A DNA stretch of 24,000 bases from Methanobacterium paludis (GCF_000214725.1 NC_015574.1:219478-243477), one strand, 5' to 3'; shown: positions 1-12,112, counted from the stretch's first letter. A program made the numbers and translations. The notes: generated by a model not told the origin, from the sequence alone.

Positions 1-2
1 AA

Positions 3-1127
3 GTCGCTGATGAACTTCTTTTAGATGGAACAGAAGCTGTAGGTTTGGGCTGTATTGCTGGGGGCTGTAGATTCATGTCTTCATATCCTATGACTCCTTC
101 AACACCTCTTCAAACGTTTATAGCTCAAAATTCGAAAGATTTTGACATTATATTTGAACAGGCGGAAGATGAGATAGCTGCAATTAATATGGCCATAGCC
201 GGATTTTATGCAGGAGCCAGATCAATGGTTGCAACATCTGGAAGTGGTTTTGCACTTATGGAAGAGGGTGTAGGTCTTTCAGGTATCATAGAAACCCCTG
301 TTGTGATATACATAGGTCAAAGGCCGGGACCTGCCGTGGGACTTCCCACCAGGACTGCCCAGGAAGACCTGAACCTTGCATTTTACTCAGGGCCTGGAGA
401 GTTTCCAAGAGCCATATTTGCACCAGGTAACCTGGAAGATGCATTTGAACTGTCTCAAAAGGCGTTTAATCTTGCAGATCGTTGTCAGGTGCCGGTTTTC
501 ATACTTTCGGATCAGTACTTTGCAGATGTTTTTTACAACCAGTCTCCATTTGACCTTGAGGGTCTTGAAGTTGAAGATCATACCATAAAGACGGGTAAAG
601 ATTACAAACGATACAAAATAACCCAAAATGGAATATCTCCCCGTGGAATCCCTGGATTTGGTGATGGTTTGGTGATCGTTGATTCTGATGAACACGATGA
701 GGAGGGACATTTAACAGAGGACCTGGACATCAGGGAAAAAATGGTGGATAAACGCCTCAGAAAGTTAAATGAAGTTCAAAAGGATGTGATTCCACCTGAA
801 CTTGTCGGGAACCATGATTACAGTACGTTGGTTATAGGGTGGGGTTCAACCTATGGCCCAATAAAGGAAGCTCTGGATAATCTAAAAGCAGAGGACATGA
901 GCTTTTTATATTTCAAGCAACTCTATCCCCTACATCCATCTACAGAAAAATATCTTAAAAATGCTGAAAGAACAGTAATATTTGAGAACAATGCTCAATC
1001 ACAGTTTGCGGATTTAATAAAACTTAAAACTGGATTTAATATTGAAAGCAAGGTTTTAAAGTATAACGGAATGCCATTTTCCGTTGAGGAAGTGGAAGAA
1101 AATCTCAAAGAGCTTTTGGAGGGTTAA
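3..1127 (+). CDS. 2-oxoacid:ferredoxin oxidoreductase, alpha subunit (5' end cut by window edge)
   Basis: Frame 3 is open from base 3 ([34 protein letters not shown]...), upstream of the first ATG at 45. The GxEAxxxG...YPMTPST N-terminal pattern and ~375 aa length fit KorA/PorA-type alpha subunits. The TPP-binding beta subunit follows 1 nt later. The substrate cannot be assigned from sequence. Confidence 0.85.
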   Translation, partial: VADELLLDGTEAVGLGCIAGGCRFMSSYPMTPSTPLQTFIAQNSKDFDIIFEQAEDEIAAINMAIAGFYAGARSMVATSGSGFALMEEGVGLSGIIETPVVIYIGQRPGPAVGLPTRTAQEDLNLAFYSGPGEFPRAIFAPGNLEDAFELSQKAFNLADRCQVPVFILSDQYFADVFYNQSPFDLEGLEVEDHTIKTGKDYKRYKITQNGISPRGIPGFGDGLVIVDSDEHDEEGHLTEDLDIREKMVDKRLRKLNEVQKDVIPPELVGNHDYSTLVIGWGSTYGPIKEALDNLKAEDMSFLYFKQLYPLHPSTEKYLKNAERTVIFENNAQSQFADLIKLKTGFNIESKVLKYNGMPFSVEEVEENLKELLEG

Positions 1128-1128
1128 T

Positions 1129-1986
1129 ATGGATCCTAAAATGTTTGATGTTGAAGGTGCAGATGTTGCATGGTGTCCGGGTTGCGGAGACTTTTCAATC
1201 CTAAGAGCACTGAAGGAAGTTCTGGCTGAACTGGAAATAAGTCCGCAGGAGCTGGTCTTGGTATCTGGAATAGGGCAGGCGGGTAAATTGCCCCATTACC
1301 TTAAATCGAATGTTTTCAACGGACTTCATGGTCGGTCTTTACCTGCATCAACTACAATAAAAGCTGTAAATCCTGAGCTTACCGTAATAAATGTGAGTGG
1401 AGATGGATGCACCTATGGTGAAGGAGGTAATCACTTCATCCACAACATCCGTAGGAATCCCGATATCACCAACGTAGTACACAACAACATGGTTTATGGT
1501 CTGACAAAGGGACAGGCATCTCCAACAAGTCAAAAGGAGTTCAAAACACCTTTACAGGCTGAGGGGGTAATTTCAGAACCTTTCAATCCATTATCCATTG
1601 CAATAGCCCTTGATGCGTCTTTTGTGGCCAGGGCATTTAGTGGAGATATCTCTCAGACAAAAGAAATCCTGAAAAAAGCAATAAAACATAAAGGATATGC
1701 TCTGGTGGATATATTCCAGCCATGTGTCACATTCAACAAAGTGAACACATTTCAGTGGTTTAAAAACAACACGTATTATTTGGACGAGTCCCACGACCCA
1801 TATGACAGAAATCAGGCGTTTAAAAGGTCAGTAGAAACTGAAAAGTATCCTCTGGGCATATTTTATATCAATCCCAAAAGGACATTTGAAGAAAATTTAA
1901 CAGTTTACAGTAAGGATAAATCACCAATGTACAAAAGAGAGTTCCACATGCCTAGGTTAAGGGAACTTATGGACTCAAAAAAATGA
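1129..1986 (+). CDS. 2-oxoacid:ferredoxin oxidoreductase, beta (thiamine-PP binding) subunit
   Basis: WCPGCGD sits near the N-terminus and there is a GDG...N TPP motif ([14 protein letters not shown]). I prefer ATG 1129 to the track start 1084. GGAGGG at 1118-1123 lies 5 nt upstream of it, and it starts 1 nt after the alpha stop. A start at 1084 would overlap alpha by 44 nt and add a basic leader with no resemblance to the family. Confidence 0.85.
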   Translation: MDPKMFDVEGADVAWCPGCGDFSILRALKEVLAELEISPQELVLVSGIGQAGKLPHYLKSNVFNGLHGRSLPASTTIKAVNPELTVINVSGDGCTYGEGGNHFIHNIRRNPDITNVVHNNMVYGLTKGQASPTSQKEFKTPLQAEGVISEPFNPLSIAIALDASFVARAFSGDISQTKEILKKAIKHKGYALVDIFQPCVTFNKVNTFQWFKNNTYYLDESHDPYDRNQAFKRSVETEKYPLGIFYINPKRTFEENLTVYSKDKSPMYKREFHMPRLRELMDSKK

Positions 1987-2287
1987 TCCATATTTTGAGT
2001 AATTCACTGTAATGAGTATTGTAATGGTGTAAAATCTTAGAACACAAAACTGGGCTATTTAGGAGAATTTAATCTTCTGTAGATATCTGTGTATAAAGCA
2101 TATCTATAAATAAAATGTTTAAACGTTTATTTAGATCCTTAAAAATCCAGATTTTGACCCTTATCACATTGGGACAAGTGGTGGTTGAACTAGCTTTCTT
2201 TTATATTGACATTTGAACTAAATATTAAGTGTTGAATATTTTTATGTTGATTAAAAGTAGCTAAGATAAGTTGGGTAGGGAAACAAA

Positions 2288-3067
2288 ATGGACAAAATCA
2301 GGATCTTATCGTGGAACGTAAATGGAATAAGGGCCGTGCACAAAAAAGGATTTGGTGAATGGTTTAAGACAGAACAGCCGGATATTTTATGTGTTCAGGA
2401 GACAAAAGCCGTTCGAAAGCAGGTGCCCCGGGATATAAGGGAATTTGAAGGTTACCACACCTATCTATCCGAGGCTGATAGAAAGGGCTACAGTGGAGTG
2501 GCATTGTACACAAGAATAAAGCCGGAAAAGGTTGAATATGGATTTGGAATAGATAAATTCGACCTTGAAGGCAGAACATTGATTGCAGATTATGGAGATT
2601 TTGTTTTATTCAACATATACTTCCCAAACGGTAAAATGTCCCCTGAAAGGTTGCAGTACAAGATGGATTTCTACGATGCATTCATGGAATACGCAGACAA
2701 ACTCAAGGATGAAGGTAAGAACATAGTCGTATGTGGAGATGTGAATACAGCTCATAAAGAAATAGATCTGGCTCGTCCAAAGGAAAACGAGAAAATTTCA
2801 GGATTTTTACCCGAAGAAAGGGCATGGATCGATGAATTTTTAAATCATGGCTACGTGGACACATTCCGGGAGTTCAACCAGGAAGAAGGCCAGTACACAT
2901 GGTGGAGTTACCGTACCAGAGCCCGGGATCGAAACGTTGGGTGGAGACTTGATTATTTCTTTGTGAACGAGGAGTTTATGAATCATATCAAATCATCATT
3001 CATCCTGAAGGATGTCATGGGCTCAGATCACTGTCCTGTGGGTATTGAGGTTGTTTTAGGGGATTAA
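2288..3067 (+). CDS. xth: exodeoxyribonuclease III (AP endonuclease, EEP fold)
   Basis: Motifs [22 protein letters not shown] and GSDHCPV are present over 259 aa. GGTAGGG lies upstream of the ATG. Confidence 0.9.
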   Translation: MDKIRILSWNVNGIRAVHKKGFGEWFKTEQPDILCVQETKAVRKQVPRDIREFEGYHTYLSEADRKGYSGVALYTRIKPEKVEYGFGIDKFDLEGRTLIADYGDFVLFNIYFPNGKMSPERLQYKMDFYDAFMEYADKLKDEGKNIVVCGDVNTAHKEIDLARPKENEKISGFLPEERAWIDEFLNHGYVDTFREFNQEEGQYTWWSYRTRARDRNVGWRLDYFFVNEEFMNHIKSSFILKDVMGSDHCPVGIEVVLGD

Positions 3068-3115
3068 AAATTCTTATAAATTCTTTACTAAATTTGTAAA
3101 ATAAATTTTGTAAAA

Positions 3116-3742
3116 ATGTTTCAAATGAACTTAAACCTCTTAAAAAAGTACATGGCACATGTATTGGGACTAGTTTCCATTTTAATATTTTTAATTTTTA
3201 CATCGATAGCTGTAGCATGTTTTCCCGGGAATTTTACACCGGTTACCAACTGGCTCAGCGACCTTGGAAATCCAAATTTTAACCCTTCTGGGGCAATTTT
3301 CTTTAACACAGGCTGTATCTTGGCAGGTACAATATTCATTCCATTTTTTACAGGGCTTTACAGGTGGCACACCGATAAAAAATGGGATAACATTATTTTA
3401 GTTTCTGCACAGATTGTAGGGTTTATTTCAGCATTTGCAATGATCATGGTCGGAATTTTTCCTGAAACCGACCCTAAGATGCATTGGATCTGGTCATCAA
3501 TCCTTTTTATTACTATTTTAATATTTTTGATACTTATCAACATTTCTTTGTTTGATCATCCAAAGTTCATGAGGCCAATATTCTATTTCGGTCTGCTGGC
3601 AGTTTTGGTGGATCTCTTTTTCATAGTTATGTTCAGAATTTATACAGGTCTTCCTGCTCCTCTATTTGAATGGTTGGCAGCATTTTTTGCCATTTTTTGG
3701 ATCGCAGCGTTGACATACAACATGCTAAAATTAAAGGTTTGA
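3116..3742 (+). CDS. polytopic membrane protein, DUF998-like
   Basis: About six hydrophobic helices. The N-terminal pattern (FTPVTNWLSDLGNP...GAIFFNTGCILAG) resembles DUF998 as I remember the family. No clear SD, and ATGs at 3116 and 3125 are both possible starts. Confidence 0.6.
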   Translation: MFQMNLNLLKKYMAHVLGLVSILIFLIFTSIAVACFPGNFTPVTNWLSDLGNPNFNPSGAIFFNTGCILAGTIFIPFFTGLYRWHTDKKWDNIILVSAQIVGFISAFAMIMVGIFPETDPKMHWIWSSILFITILIFLILINISLFDHPKFMRPIFYFGLLAVLVDLFFIVMFRIYTGLPAPLFEWLAAFFAIFWIAALTYNMLKLKV

Positions 3743-4005
3743 ATTGAATTTTGAAGAGAACTTATTATTGATTAAAATTTGAAATTGGTTAACTGAAATA
3801 GTGATTTTCAACTTCCTGAAAACCATTCCAAAATAATACTTAAAAATTTATTTTACGAGAAATATAAATTTAAAAGGTTTTATGAGATGTTAACCAACCA
3901 GTTAATTAACATTCATGAATTTGATTTGATCTTTCTGATTTGATCAAACATTTAAAGACTTTATTAATACATGGAATTTTAAAAGAAATCTTATAGAGGG
4001 TTTTT

Positions 4006-5313
4006 ATGAGTTACAGAGGAGCTTCAAAACAATTTTTAGATTCACAAGACATATCAATTGGAGATAAAATCAGAATAACCAAAAAGGACGTATCCTATGA
4101 GGGGATGGTTCTTGAAAGGGCAGAAGATGCTGATGAAAAGCATATCGTCTTGAAACTTGCAAGTGGCTACAACGTAGGATTGGACATACTGGATGCAGAG
4201 GCGAAACTTCTGGAGAAGGGTGAGAAACCTAAAATAGAACTTCAACCACTTGAAATAGAAAAAGATGGTAAAAAACGGGATATATCCATAATATCAACCG
4301 GAGGGACGGTTGCATCTATTATAGACTATAAAACAGGGGCTGTGCACCCTGCATTTACAGCTGATGATCTTTTACGTGCCACACCAGAGCTTTTGGAACA
4401 TGCGAACATAAATGGGGAAGCTATTTTAAACATCCTGAGCGAGAACATGAAACCTGATTACTGGATTAAAGCAGCGCGTTCCATAGCAGATGAAATTAAT
4501 AACGGTGCTTATGGTGTTGTGGTGGCTCATGGTACAGACACCATGCATTACACCTCTGCGGCCTTGAGTTTCATCTTGGACACACCTGTTCCTGTGGTTT
4601 TGACAGGTGCCCAGAGGAGTTCAGACAGGCCATCATCTGATGCATTTTTAAACCTTATGGGGTCTGTTACAGCCGCTAAATCGGACATAGCTGAAGTTAT
4701 GGTGTGTATGCATGCCACGGAGGATGATTCTTACTGCTACCTTCACCGTGGTACCAAGGTCAGGAAGATGCACACGTCCCGAAGGGACACTTTCCGCAGT
4801 ATAAACACCCAGCCCATTGCAAAGGTTCGCAACGGCAATATAACAATTCTCGATGAAAATCAAGAATACAAAAAGCGTGAAAATGGAGAAGTGAAGCTTC
4901 AAGATAATTTAGAACCTAAAGTAGCATTTATAAAAAGTTATCCTGGAATTTCGGGGGAAATTATTGATTATCATATTGATAAAGGTTACAAAGGAATCGT
5001 TATAGAGGGAACAGGTCTGGGGCACTGTCCAGATTATTTGATACCTGCGGTTAATAGGGCAACAGACAGTGGAATTCCTGTGGTTATGGGTTCCCAGTGC
5101 TTGTACGGTAGGGTGAACATGAACGTTTATAGTACAGGTAGGGAACTTGTATCAGCTGGTGTTATATCTGCCCTGGACATGCTGCCTGAAACTGCATACG
5201 TCAAGCTTGTGTGGACTCTAGGACAGACTGACAACATGGAAGAAGTGAGAAAAATCATGCAGACCAACCTGAAAGGTGAGATTGGAGCTAAATCATCCCA
5301 AAAATTCTTTTGA
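4006..5313 (+). CDS. gatD: Glu-tRNA(Gln) amidotransferase subunit D
   Basis: Asparaginase-type motifs are present ([16 protein letters not shown]), plus the archaeal GatD N-terminal extension. 435 aa. gatE lies downstream. Confidence 0.93.
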   Translation: MSYRGASKQFLDSQDISIGDKIRITKKDVSYEGMVLERAEDADEKHIVLKLASGYNVGLDILDAEAKLLEKGEKPKIELQPLEIEKDGKKRDISIISTGGTVASIIDYKTGAVHPAFTADDLLRATPELLEHANINGEAILNILSENMKPDYWIKAARSIADEINNGAYGVVVAHGTDTMHYTSAALSFILDTPVPVVLTGAQRSSDRPSSDAFLNLMGSVTAAKSDIAEVMVCMHATEDDSYCYLHRGTKVRKMHTSRRDTFRSINTQPIAKVRNGNITILDENQEYKKRENGEVKLQDNLEPKVAFIKSYPGISGEIIDYHIDKGYKGIVIEGTGLGHCPDYLIPAVNRATDSGIPVVMGSQCLYGRVNMNVYSTGRELVSAGVISALDMLPETAYVKLVWTLGQTDNMEEVRKIMQTNLKGEIGAKSSQKFF

Positions 5314-5556
5314 TATGATATCAAGCATTCTAATTTAATTCCCTATGATGATTAAATATAGATTGAATATATGATTATTGATTTAAGTTATTTGAATCTC
5401 ATTGAATCGTAAAAAGTGAGTAGGGAATTAATAAAGGTTATGCACAGGGATTATACACAAATACATTAAATTCTTAATGATCAACGATTTAACAAGTTTA
5501 AAGATCATTTAAACCAAGTTGAACTATTACAAAATACATTAAATAGCGGTGATAGG

Positions 5557-7425
5557 ATGGATTATGATAAATTAGGTCTTAAAATGGGTCTTGAGGTACA
5601 TCAACAACTCAATACAGATGAAAAACTTTTCTGTCCATGTTCGTGTGAACTTACAGACAAAAAACCGGATTATAAAGTTTTAAGGAACCTTAGACCAACA
5701 CAGAGTGAGCTTGGAAAGGTAGATAGGGCTGCCTTTGAAGAGTCAAGAAGGAAATTACAGTTTATCTATGAAGCGTACAAAAATGAAACGTGTCTTGTTG
5801 AGGTTGATGAGGAACCTCCTCACCCTTTAAATAAGGAAGCCGTTAAAATATCTCTCATAGTTGCATCACTTCTCAACATGAACGTTGTTGATGAATTACA
5901 CACCATGAGAAAACAGGTCATAGATGGGAGTAACACAGGAGGTTTCCAAAGGACTGGTCTTGTTGCAACCAATGGTTACATGGACACAGAGTATGGAAGG
6001 GTTATAATAGAAAATCTGTGCCTGGAAGAGGATGCAGCAAGGCGTATAGGTCAAAAAAAGGGAAATGTAGTCTTCAGACTCGACAGACTCGGTATTCCTC
6101 TAGTTGAGATAACCACTGACCCATCTATGAAGCACCCTGATCAGGTTAAGGAAGTTGCATACCAGATAGGTCAAGTTCTCCGGAGTACAAAGGTTAAAAG
6201 GGGACTTGGAACAATAAGACAGGACCTTAACATATCCATACGTGAAGGAGCCCGTGTGGAACTAAAAGGAGTTCAAGATCTAGATTTAATGGCTCAAATG
6301 GTTGAAAACGAGGTAAAAAGGCAGATAAATCTCCTTGAAATAATGAAAGAACTTCAAAAAAGAGATGCCCATGTTGATGACACAATATACGATGTAAAGG
6401 ATTTGTTCAAGCAGACAGAGTCTAAAATAATAGCAAAAGCCCTAAAAGATGGCTCAGTTCTTGCAATAAAACTAAATGGATTTGCAGGTTTAATTGGGAA
6501 AGAAGTCCAGCCCAGCAGAAGGTTCGGAACTGAACTTGCAGGTTACGCCAAAAAAATGGGAGTTTCGGGTATATTCCACACAGATGAGCTTCCAGCCTAT
6601 GGTATAACCCAAAAAGAGGTTGATACAGTTTTAGAATTTGTTAAAGCAGGTGAAGAGGATGCATTTGTACTGGTTGCAGATGATGATGAAAAGGCAAGAA
6701 ATGCTCTGCTTGAGGTTTTAAGAAGGGCCAAAACAGCCATCATCGAGATCCCGGAAGAGACCAGAAAAGCCTTGGAAAATGCTAACAGCGAGTACCTCCG
6801 GCCACTGCCAACTGCAAGCCGTATGTACGTTGAAACGGACATACCAACTACGGTAATATCCCGAGATTACCTTGAGAACATAAAAAACAACTTACCAGAG
6901 CTTCCAGATGAAAAAAAGGCCAGAATAATCCAGCAATACAACTTGAGCGAGGATCTTGCACATCAACTTGTCAGAAGGAACAGGGCTGGTGACTTCGAGG
7001 AGATCATGGCATCTTCCAATCTGGACTCAACAACGGTAGCATCAACCTTTGCCTACACTATTAAAGAGCTTAAAAGGGACGGAAAGGACATTTTAAAACT
7101 GACGACTGACTGTTTAAAGGAAACCTTTGCCCTTGTTGAAAAGGGTAAGATCACAAAAGAAGCAGTTCAGGAGGTTCTTGTGGGTGTCTGTGACGGTGAA
7201 AAGTCTCCAGAACAAGCAGCAAAGGATTTGAACCTTACGATGTTGTCTGAAGAAGATGTTGAATCAGTAATCGATGATATAATTTCTTCAAACAGTAAAA
7301 TGGTTGAAGAAAGGGGAATGGGTGCAATGGGTGCTCTTATGGGTAAAGCCATGGCCAAACTCAAGGGAAAAGCTGACGGCAAACTTGTGAATAAACTTTT
7401 GAGGGATAAACTACAGAATAAATAA
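5557..7425 (+). CDS. gatE: Glu-tRNA(Gln) amidotransferase subunit E
   Basis: GatB/E-type N-terminus ([17 protein letters not shown]), 622 aa. GGTGAT SD lies 3 nt before the ATG. Confidence 0.93.
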   Translation: MDYDKLGLKMGLEVHQQLNTDEKLFCPCSCELTDKKPDYKVLRNLRPTQSELGKVDRAAFEESRRKLQFIYEAYKNETCLVEVDEEPPHPLNKEAVKISLIVASLLNMNVVDELHTMRKQVIDGSNTGGFQRTGLVATNGYMDTEYGRVIIENLCLEEDAARRIGQKKGNVVFRLDRLGIPLVEITTDPSMKHPDQVKEVAYQIGQVLRSTKVKRGLGTIRQDLNISIREGARVELKGVQDLDLMAQMVENEVKRQINLLEIMKELQKRDAHVDDTIYDVKDLFKQTESKIIAKALKDGSVLAIKLNGFAGLIGKEVQPSRRFGTELAGYAKKMGVSGIFHTDELPAYGITQKEVDTVLEFVKAGEEDAFVLVADDDEKARNALLEVLRRAKTAIIEIPEETRKALENANSEYLRPLPTASRMYVETDIPTTVISRDYLENIKNNLPELPDEKKARIIQQYNLSEDLAHQLVRRNRAGDFEEIMASSNLDSTTVASTFAYTIKELKRDGKDILKLTTDCLKETFALVEKGKITKEAVQEVLVGVCDGEKSPEQAAKDLNLTMLSEEDVESVIDDIISSNSKMVEERGMGAMGALMGKAMAKLKGKADGKLVNKLLRDKLQNK

Positions 7426-7498
7426 AGATAAATAAAATTATAATTAAAAAATATCTAGAAAAAAAATTCCTTATTTATTCAACCTGTAAGGTGATTGT

Positions 7499-8413
7499 AT
7501 GGAACAATATGATATTGTAATAGCAGGTGCAGGACCTGCAGGGCTTACTGCGGGGATATATGCTGGAAGAGAAGGTTTAAAAGCAATTATTTTGGAAAAG
7601 GCTCTTAAAGGAGGCATGGGAAATGTTGCCCCTCTAGTTTTAAACTTCCCTGGATTTAAATCCATAACTGGCCTTGAACTTTTAAAGAGAATAGGAGACC
7701 ATGCATCGGGTTACATGGACATAAAAGAGTCTGAAGAAATCCAGAAAGTTGAAAAAATGGATGGAAAGATAATGGTAACCACGAATAAGAATGAATATGC
7801 TGCAAAATCTCTTATAATATCAACAGGAACCAAATACAGAGAGTTAGGAGTACCGGGTGAGCAGGAATTTATTGGAAAGGGCATATCCTACTGTTCAATA
7901 TGTGACGGCATGTTCTTCAGGGGTAAAGAGGTTCTCGTGGTTGGGGGAGGAAACTCCGCAGCTGAACACGCCCTCCACCTCAATGACATAGGATGTAAAG
8001 TTAAAATGGTACATAGAAGGGATGAACTGAGGGCTCAAAAATATCTTCAGGATAAAATCAAAAAAGAAGGCATTCCAATCGTCTGGAATTCTGTTGTAAA
8101 AGAAATAAAGGGTGATACGTTCCTTAAAAGTGTTGTGATCTACGATCGTGTTAGAGATGTTGAGGAAGAACTTGATATCGCGGGAATGTTCATAGCAGTC
8201 GGAGAAATACCTTCAAGCCAACTTGCAGGACCGATAGGGGTTGAAATTGACAGAGGTGGTTATATAATCACAGATAAGGACCAGAAAACCAATGTGCCTC
8301 ATGTATATGCTGCAGGTGATGTTACAGGTGGTTTGAAACAGATAATTGTGGCCTGCGCAGAGGGGGCAGTGGCTGCTGAATCTGCTTACAACGACATTAA
8401 AATGGAAGAGTAA
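7499..8413 (+). CDS. trxB: thioredoxin-disulfide reductase-like flavoprotein
   Basis: FAD motif IAGAGPAG, redox CxxC (CSICDG), NAD(P)H motif GGGNSAAE with HRRDELRA, and C-terminal AAGDVTG. 304 aa. GGTGAT SD. The physiological electron donor cannot be read from the sequence. Confidence 0.8.
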   Translation: MEQYDIVIAGAGPAGLTAGIYAGREGLKAIILEKALKGGMGNVAPLVLNFPGFKSITGLELLKRIGDHASGYMDIKESEEIQKVEKMDGKIMVTTNKNEYAAKSLIISTGTKYRELGVPGEQEFIGKGISYCSICDGMFFRGKEVLVVGGGNSAAEHALHLNDIGCKVKMVHRRDELRAQKYLQDKIKKEGIPIVWNSVVKEIKGDTFLKSVVIYDRVRDVEEELDIAGMFIAVGEIPSSQLAGPIGVEIDRGGYIITDKDQKTNVPHVYAAGDVTGGLKQIIVACAEGAVAAESAYNDIKMEE

Positions 8414-8581
8414 AAAAGAGTAAAAAAATATCTTTTAGAAATATTTTGAAAGTTTTTATCATCAAAATTTGAAGTTTTTATATTATCAAAAAAAGTATTC
8501 AAAAAAAATTTTCAAAAAAATAGAATTAAAAAGCAATAAATTAAATGAATAAAATTTAAATGTTATTTTAGAGGTTATTTT

Positions 8582-9421
8582 ATGGCTGTTGTGAGATTTG
8601 GCCCTGCAGGTAAACCCATTGATTACAAGGGCAAAACTAATGATGTATGCACTTATATAAATGCAGAAAGACTCGATGCCTATGAATATCAGGCAACTTA
8701 TGGCGTTAAAATATCAAAACAATCTGCAATAGAACTCAAAAAAAACTCGAAGGACAATGATGTCCTGGTTTCAATGCATGCGCCCTATTACATTAACCTG
8801 TCATCTAACAAGGCTGATGTAATTGAAAGATCGGTTAAACGGCTTGTTCAGGCCGCTAAAGCATCAGAATGGATGGGAGCATACCGCACAGTATTTCACC
8901 CGGGTTTTTACACCACTTACACTCCAGAAGAAGCAATGAAGTGCTGTAAAAAAGCAATTACTGAGATCCAGGATGAACTTGAGGCTCAGAGTGTTAATGA
9001 GTATACCTTCGCACCGGAAACAACTGGTAAAAAATCCCAGCTGGGTAACCTTGATGAGATAATAGAAATATGCGGTTCATTTGAACATTTTGCACCGACC
9101 GTGGACTTTGCCCATGTTCATGCCAGATCTGGAGGTTCTATCAAAGATAAAAATGCTTATAACAAAATATTCCAGAAGTTAGAGGATGAACTGGGACTAA
9201 AGTCATTACATTCCCATTTTACAAGGATAGAGTACACAGATGCCGGTGAAAGAAAACATCATACACTTGCTGAGGATAGTTACGGACCGCCTCTTGAACC
9301 TCTGCTTGAAGAAATTGTTGATTGCGGTTGGGATGTGACTGTAATCTGTGAAACCCCCTTTTTAGACCATGATGCCATTAAGATGAAGGTTTTGTACGAA
9401 GATATCCTGAAAATTAAATGA
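8582..9421 (+). CDS. endonuclease IV-like (AP endonuclease family 2) TIM-barrel protein
   Basis: Colinear with E. coli Nfo metal-ligand blocks by eye: MHAPYYINL ~ HDSYLINL, FHPG, PETTG ~ ENTAG, DFAHVHA ~ DTCHAFA, KHHTL ~ RHHSL, CETP ~ LETI. Confidence 0.7.
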   Translation: MAVVRFGPAGKPIDYKGKTNDVCTYINAERLDAYEYQATYGVKISKQSAIELKKNSKDNDVLVSMHAPYYINLSSNKADVIERSVKRLVQAAKASEWMGAYRTVFHPGFYTTYTPEEAMKCCKKAITEIQDELEAQSVNEYTFAPETTGKKSQLGNLDEIIEICGSFEHFAPTVDFAHVHARSGGSIKDKNAYNKIFQKLEDELGLKSLHSHFTRIEYTDAGERKHHTLAEDSYGPPLEPLLEEIVDCGWDVTVICETPFLDHDAIKMKVLYEDILKIK

Positions 9422-9470
9422 ACTTTATGGAATTCTGAAATTAAAGAACTTTGATGGAGTTGGATGTAAT

Positions 9471-10598
9471 TTATTTTTTTCGATTCATGGAACCTTTTTT
9501 GAAGAGAGTTTTCCACTGTTTTTTTCGCTGGTCGTCCCGAATTTTTAAAATGTAATAAATGGAACCCTTTCTTTTTTTCTCCTTAATCACTGAGAGTTCT
9601 TCCAGTTTTTGGAGTTGATTAACTGATTCATGCTTTGTTGTTCCCAGTAATTTTTGGGTTTCTTCTAGGGTTATTTTCCCATATTCATGCAAGAAAGTTA
9701 TAATCCGTATTTGGTTCATTTTTATCTGCTTTTCTCTTATATGGTCCTTTTTAAGGGTTGGTTGGTTGTTTGAAGCTACTGGAACATTTATTAGTTTTGA
9801 GATCTCGTCTCTAACCTTTGATAGTGACACATTGATTCCATCTGTGAAATATTCCATCCATTTCGTCAGGCCGTTTGGATCTCCAAAACTCAAATTTAAA
9901 GCGTTTAAATAGGCTTTTTTGTCCGCTTCGTAGTACTGCTCCAATGGAAAATATTTTTCCGGATCAAAAAGTCTTAAATATAAAATTAACTCTGTTAAAG
10001 CTCTTGCAGTCCTGCTGTTACCTTCTTTGAATGGCTGGATCCTCACAAGTTCATAATGTGCAGTTCCTGCAACAGTTATTGGAGAGATTTCAGTGGAGTT
10101 ATTATTGATCCATTTAAGAAGTTCTTCCATTAATCTAGGGATATGTTCCGGGGATGGAGGTCTATATTCAATATGATCTTTTTTGAAATTTGCATCGTTC
10201 ACATGAACGTTACGATAATGTTTCTTATGAGGTATTCCATTCGGTGTCTTTTTAGTTATTTCACTGTTCATTTCCAAAAGCAGTTCTTCTGTGATTTTCC
10301 CATTTTCCTGATACCTCTCGATCCCCTTCAAAACGTTGAGGTAGTTAAGTACTTCCTGTTCTTCTTTGTTTTCTGTAACTTCTGGCCTGTCTAAAATCCT
10401 ATTTACTTCGGCAATTGTTAAAGTGTTCCCTTCAACTGCTGTAGAAGCATGAGATGATTTAATAAGGGCATTTCTCTTTAAAAAACTATTAATTTCAGGT
10501 TTAATTGCTGCATTAAGGATGATGCCTCGCACTAACTCAATTTCGGCTATATTATCAATGGTTTTATTAGTATACGTGAAGTTGGGTATGTACATCAA
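9471..10598 (-). CDS. Fic family protein with C-terminal winged-helix domain; catalytic motif degenerate
   Basis: N-terminal inhibitory-helix motif STAVEG ((S/T)xxxE(G/N)), a Fic core reading QPFKEGNSRTAR (canonical HPFx(D/E)GNGRxxR), and a wHTH-like C-terminus. It is the only - strand gene in the left block. Confidence 0.85.
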   Translation of the reverse strand: MMYIPNFTYTNKTIDNIAEIELVRGIILNAAIKPEINSFLKRNALIKSSHASTAVEGNTLTIAEVNRILDRPEVTENKEEQEVLNYLNVLKGIERYQENGKITEELLLEMNSEITKKTPNGIPHKKHYRNVHVNDANFKKDHIEYRPPSPEHIPRLMEELLKWINNNSTEISPITVAGTAHYELVRIQPFKEGNSRTARALTELILYLRLFDPEKYFPLEQYYEADKKAYLNALNLSFGDPNGLTKWMEYFTDGINVSLSKVRDEISKLINVPVASNNQPTLKKDHIREKQIKMNQIRIITFLHEYGKITLEETQKLLGTTKHESVNQLQKLEELSVIKEKKRKGSIYYILKIRDDQRKKQWKTLFKKGSMNRKK

Positions 10599-10990
10599 GT
10601 TACCTTATTATTCTGCATAATTTATATGATTTTGCGATTATTTGTTTGGGCTTTGATTATTGAAGTGATCAAAAAAGATATTTATCCTGTTTAATTTAAA
10701 TTTAAGTGGTTTAAACTCTTCAAATGTAAAAAGAATAAATATTTGGATGTTTTTTAATTTTTTTATTTATTTTCCCAGTTTTCCTTCTATGAATATGCAA
10801 TTAATTACTCCCTGATCTATCAAAGAAAAACTTTTATCCATCAGTGTATAAACTATAATTAAAATAAGATCATCATCACATAAAAGAAATAAAATCAATC
10901 AAATAAGATCAGATTGATTAAGTCAAATTGATTAATATTATTCGAAACATAAAATTTTCGATTTAACAACAAAGTTGGTAGGTATTCCTA

Positions 10991-12112
10991 GTGAAACTAA
11001 ACAATATAGTTCCTGATCAAGTTGTATCAGATAAAAAAATATTAAAAAATGTAACTGAACCGGATAAAGAATCTAAACTGGTTGTACTCCAGTCGGTAGG
11101 TTATCCTTTCTTATGCAATCTCGTTGAGAATCCTAAAATAGAAATATTCGACAAAGAACTTTTTGAGCTCTATGCAAAAGAACAATGGGAAGGATACACG
11201 GCAAAAGAAGGCTCTTTTCTTTTTGATCAGAAATTATTGCCTGATTATGCCTTTAAAATAATAAAAGCACATCCAGATAATTCTAAAATAACTGATAATA
11301 CTTCAATACTCCTCATGGAAGTTCAAGAATCCCGTGAGATTAAAAAAATAGAAAGCAACGTTCGAATGGAAGATGTCATAGGGCAGGAACGTGCAAAGAC
11401 CAAATGTAAGGTAATAATAAAATATTTACAGGATCCAGCTAGTTTTAGAGATTGGGCTCCAAAAAATGTTTTGTTCCATGGAACTCCCGGAACAGGAAAG
11501 ACAATGCTTGCAAAATCCCTCTCAAACGAACTTCAAGTGCCGTTGTTCCTTGTGAAGGCCACGAGTCTCATAGGAGAACATGTTGGTGATGGTTCGAGGC
11601 AGATACACGATCTTTTTGAGGAGGCATCAGCTTTATCTCCCGCAGTGATATTTATAGATGAGATAGATGCCATAGGCCTTGACAGGAAATACCAGTCACT
11701 TCGTGGGGATGTTTCAGAGGTTGTAAACGCTCTTTTAACTGAAATGGATGGTATAGATAGTAACAATGGTGTTGTGACCATAGGGGCTACCAACAACCCT
11801 CACCTTTTAGACTTTGCAATAAGGAGCCGGTTTGAAGAGGAAATAGAATTCGTACTGCCCGATGAAAATGAGAGACAAACCATTCTTGAGCTTTACATAA
11901 AATCTATGCCATTGGCTGTTAAAGCTGATGTTAAAAGACTCTCTAAATGTACTAAAAAAATGTCCGGAAGGGACATTAAGGATAAATTTCTGAAAGTTGC
12001 CCTCCATAAAGCAATTTCAGAGGATATGGATACCGTGACTATGGATCATATTAAATATGCCCTTAAACAGTATAAAAAAGAGAAAAATGAACCTAAAGGA
12101 ATGTTTGCATAA
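10991..12112 (+). CDS. AAA+ ATPase, single AAA domain with uncharacterised N-domain
   Basis: Walker A GTPGTGKT, Walker B VIFIDEID, second region of homology [20 protein letters not shown] start with GGTAGGT upstream. There is no in-frame ATG for about 100 codons downstream of the GTG. Confidence 0.8.
   Translation: MKLNNIVPDQVVSDKKILKNVTEPDKESKLVVLQSVGYPFLCNLVENPKIEIFDKELFELYAKEQWEGYTAKEGSFLFDQKLLPDYAFKIIKAHPDNSKITDNTSILLMEVQESREIKKIESNVRMEDVIGQERAKTKCKVIIKYLQDPASFRDWAPKNVLFHGTPGTGKTMLAKSLSNELQVPLFLVKATSLIGEHVGDGSRQIHDLFEEASALSPAVIFIDEIDAIGLDRKYQSLRGDVSEVVNALLTEMDGIDSNNGVVTIGATNNPHLLDFAIRSRFEEEIEFVLPDENERQTILELYIKSMPLAVKADVKRLSKCTKKMSGRDIKDKFLKVALHKAISEDMDTVTMDHIKYALKQYKKEKNEPKGMFA

Noticed and set aside
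1084-1128. Track start codon 1084 for the oxidoreductase beta subunit
   Set aside because: It overlaps the alpha subunit by 44 nt and adds a basic leader ([15 protein letters not shown]) that does not resemble the family. ATG 1129 has a GGAGGG SD at proper spacing.
2081-2107. 7-bp AT-only inverted repeat TAGATAT...ATATCTA upstream of xth
   Set aside because: It is a short, AT-only palindrome in AT-rich DNA with a 13-nt loop, which is likely by chance.
10626-10694. 22-codon hydrophobic sORF (MILRLFVWALIIEVIKKDIYPV) in the fic/AAA divergent spacer
   Set aside because: It has no SD and no compositional distinction from the surrounding AT-rich DNA. An ORF this short is expected by chance.
9471-12112. 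Fic plus AAA ATPase as a two-gene toxin-antitoxin or defence module
   Set aside because: The genes are divergent and separated by 392 nt, and the Fic lacks its catalytic His. The AAA protein looks like a housekeeping-type single-domain AAA. Nothing in the sequence ties them together.
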